A stretch of DNA of 64,000 nt from an uncultured Bacillota bacterium (GTDB lineage Bacteria > Sysuimicrobiota > Sysuimicrobiia > Sysuimicrobiales > Segetimicrobiaceae), in contig CAWDRG010000008.1 in NCBI GenBank assembly GCA_963804645.1, positions 32,001-96,000 of the forward strand, given 5' to 3'. The translations under genes and the position numbers were made by a program. Below are positions 62,572 through 64,000 of this stretch, in pieces. The notes beneath the pieces are model-generated. The model saw only the letters and a program-made list of their open reading frames with translations. It was not told the origin of the DNA and made no database searches. Positions within the stretch are counted from its first letter, which is position 1. Every line of letters begins with the position of its first letter.

Positions 62572-62981
62572 AGCGCCTCCCGCAGCGCCCCGAGCGCCTG
62601 CCGGACGGGCTCCACCGCGGCGCCGTCGCGCCGGGACAGACGGGCGACCGCGCCCTCGACCGCCGCGAAGCGCGCGAGCACCTCCGCCCGCGCGCGTGCG
62701 GCGCGCGTGCGGGTCGCGGCGACGCCCAAGCGATGCTCGAGACGCTGCATCTCCGCGACCGACCGGCGCAGCGCGTCGGAGACCGCCTGCCGCGAGATCC
62801 GCCGGCGCGCGGCGATCTCTCCCAGCGAGAGATCGTCATGGTAGTACATGCGGACGAGCGCACGCTGCCGCTCCGTCAGCAGTTCGGCGTACGCGTCGAA
62901 CAACCCGATGACGAGCGTGCGCTCCGCAAGGGAGCGGACGCGGCCGTGGGCATCACCGGGGGTAATCCGCTGTAAAGGCAT
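62568..62981 (-). CDS. YlxM/p13 family protein
   Basis: LFDAYAELLTERQ..YYHDDLSLGEIA..SRQAVSD; start uncertain; TG-n-TATACT at 63002-62994 upstream. Confidence 0.88.
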   Translation of the reverse strand: MPLQRITPGDAHGRVRSLAERTLVIGLFDAYAELLTERQRALVRMYYHDDLSLGEIAARRRISRQAVSDALRRSVAEMQRLEHRLGVAATRTRAARARAEVLARFAAVEGAVARLSRRDGAAVEPVRQALGALREAL

Positions 62982-63149
62982 TGTACTTGACACAGTATAC
63001 CACACGAGGGCGGTGCGCCGCATCCATGCCCGCGATCTCGCGTGGCCCGGCGCGGTCTGACCCCGCAGCACCGCAGGGGGGCGTCTCCCCCGGTGACGAG
63101 CCGGCTCGGCCGCGCTCGCAGGGCATGCTCCGTGGCCGGCAGGGCGGGA

Positions 63150-64000
63150 TCAGGAATACGTGATCGTGGGGTTCAGATAGCTGTAGGAGACGTCGACCAC
63201 CAGGTTGACGACGAGCACGATCGTCGCAAACAGCAGCAGGGCCCCCTGGATCACCGGATAGTCCCGCCGGAGGACGGCCGCGACGGTGAGATTCCCGACT
63301 CCCGGCAACTCGAACAGCGTCTCGGTGATGAAGGCCCCGCTCATCAGCACCGCCACGGCCAGGCCGACCACCGTGACGACCGAGATCACCGCGTTCCGGA
63401 AGGCGTGCTTGATGAGCACGGTGCGCGCGGGGAGGCCCTTCGCGCGCGCGGTCCGCACGTAGTCCGAATCCAGCACCTGGAGCATGCTGGCCCGGGTGAT
63501 GCGGGCGATCAGACCAGCCTGCAGCATCCCCAGCGCGAACGCCGGCAGCAGGAGATGCTGGAGCCACGGCCCGACGCCGGCCGCGAGCGGCGCGTAGCCG
63601 CCCGCCGGAAACCAGCGCAGGCCGACGGCGAAGAAGAAGATCAGCAGCATCCCCGTGACGAACTCAGGCACGCACAGCCCGAACAGCGCCACGCTCGTCG
63701 TGACCCCGTCCTGCCAGTTGTTGGGGTGCAGGGCCGCCGCGAGCCCGAGCGGCACGCCGATGGCCACCGCGATGGGCAGGGCCACCGCGGTGAGGCTGAA
63801 CGTCACCGGAAACCGCTGGATCAGGGCGTCGCGCACGCTCTGCCCCAGGAAGAAGGACTGTCCGAGATCCCCGTGCGCGGCGCCGACGACCCACGTCGCG
63901 AGCTGGACGTATAGCGGCTTGTCGAGCCCCAGGCGGTGGTAGATTTCCGCCTTGCTCTGAAACAGCGCTTCCTGCCCGAGAAACGCGGCCGCGGGGTCGC
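63150..64000 (-). CDS. Peptide/nickel ABC permease (DppB-like), 5' truncated by window
   Basis: LGLDKPLYVQ, DYVRTARAKG, HAFRNA, TETLFELPGVG, RDYPVIQG. Confidence 0.9.
   Translation of the reverse strand, partial: DPAAAFLGQEALFQSKAEIYHRLGLDKPLYVQLATWVVGAAHGDLGQSFFLGQSVRDALIQRFPVTFSLTAVALPIAVAIGVPLGLAAALHPNNWQDGVTTSVALFGLCVPEFVTGMLLIFFFAVGLRWFPAGGYAPLAAGVGPWLQHLLLPAFALGMLQAGLIARITRASMLQVLDSDYVRTARAKGLPARTVLIKHAFRNAVISVVTVVGLAVAVLMSGAFITETLFELPGVGNLTVAAVLRRDYPVIQGALLLFATIVLVVNLVVDVSYSYLNPTITYS

Overview
High-GC bacterial chromosomal window, mostly minus-strand housekeeping genes in a Bacillota-like order: ylxM-ffh-rpsP-khpA-ylqD-rimM-trmD-rplS-lepB-rnhB; topA-hslV-hslU; rpsB-tsf-pyrH-frr-uppS-cdsA-dxr-rseP-ispG; infC-rpmI-rplT-trmH-[T-box]-pheS-pheT-cvpA-polX-mpg. 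This suggests a Terrabacteria lineage (inference only). Accessory blocks: a degraded IS630 inserted exactly in the trmH stop codon; a STAS + PP2C signalling pair; a nine-gene FmdB / membrane / MoxR / DUF58 / VWA operon of unknown function; an archaeal-type SAM synthetase; and an ~11 kb block of ATPase-less peptide-type ABC components and catabolic enzymes between rnhB and topA. Direct reading also shows a Phe T-box with UUC specifier, an L20 leader and AUC start on infC, an uncalled 42-aa YqzL-like gene, a probable CUG start for hslV, a 17-aa triplication of the topoisomerase I N-terminus, a uORF plus terminator ahead of two Tat-exported binding proteins, and a recurring AGGA-N17/18-GAA promoter-like motif. 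Single-base frameshifts in uppS and topA most likely reflect sequencing or assembly errors. I saw no CRISPR, tRNA or rRNA. The best candidate for an uncharacterised system is the MoxR/VWA operon. All family assignments come from motif recognition, not database searches.
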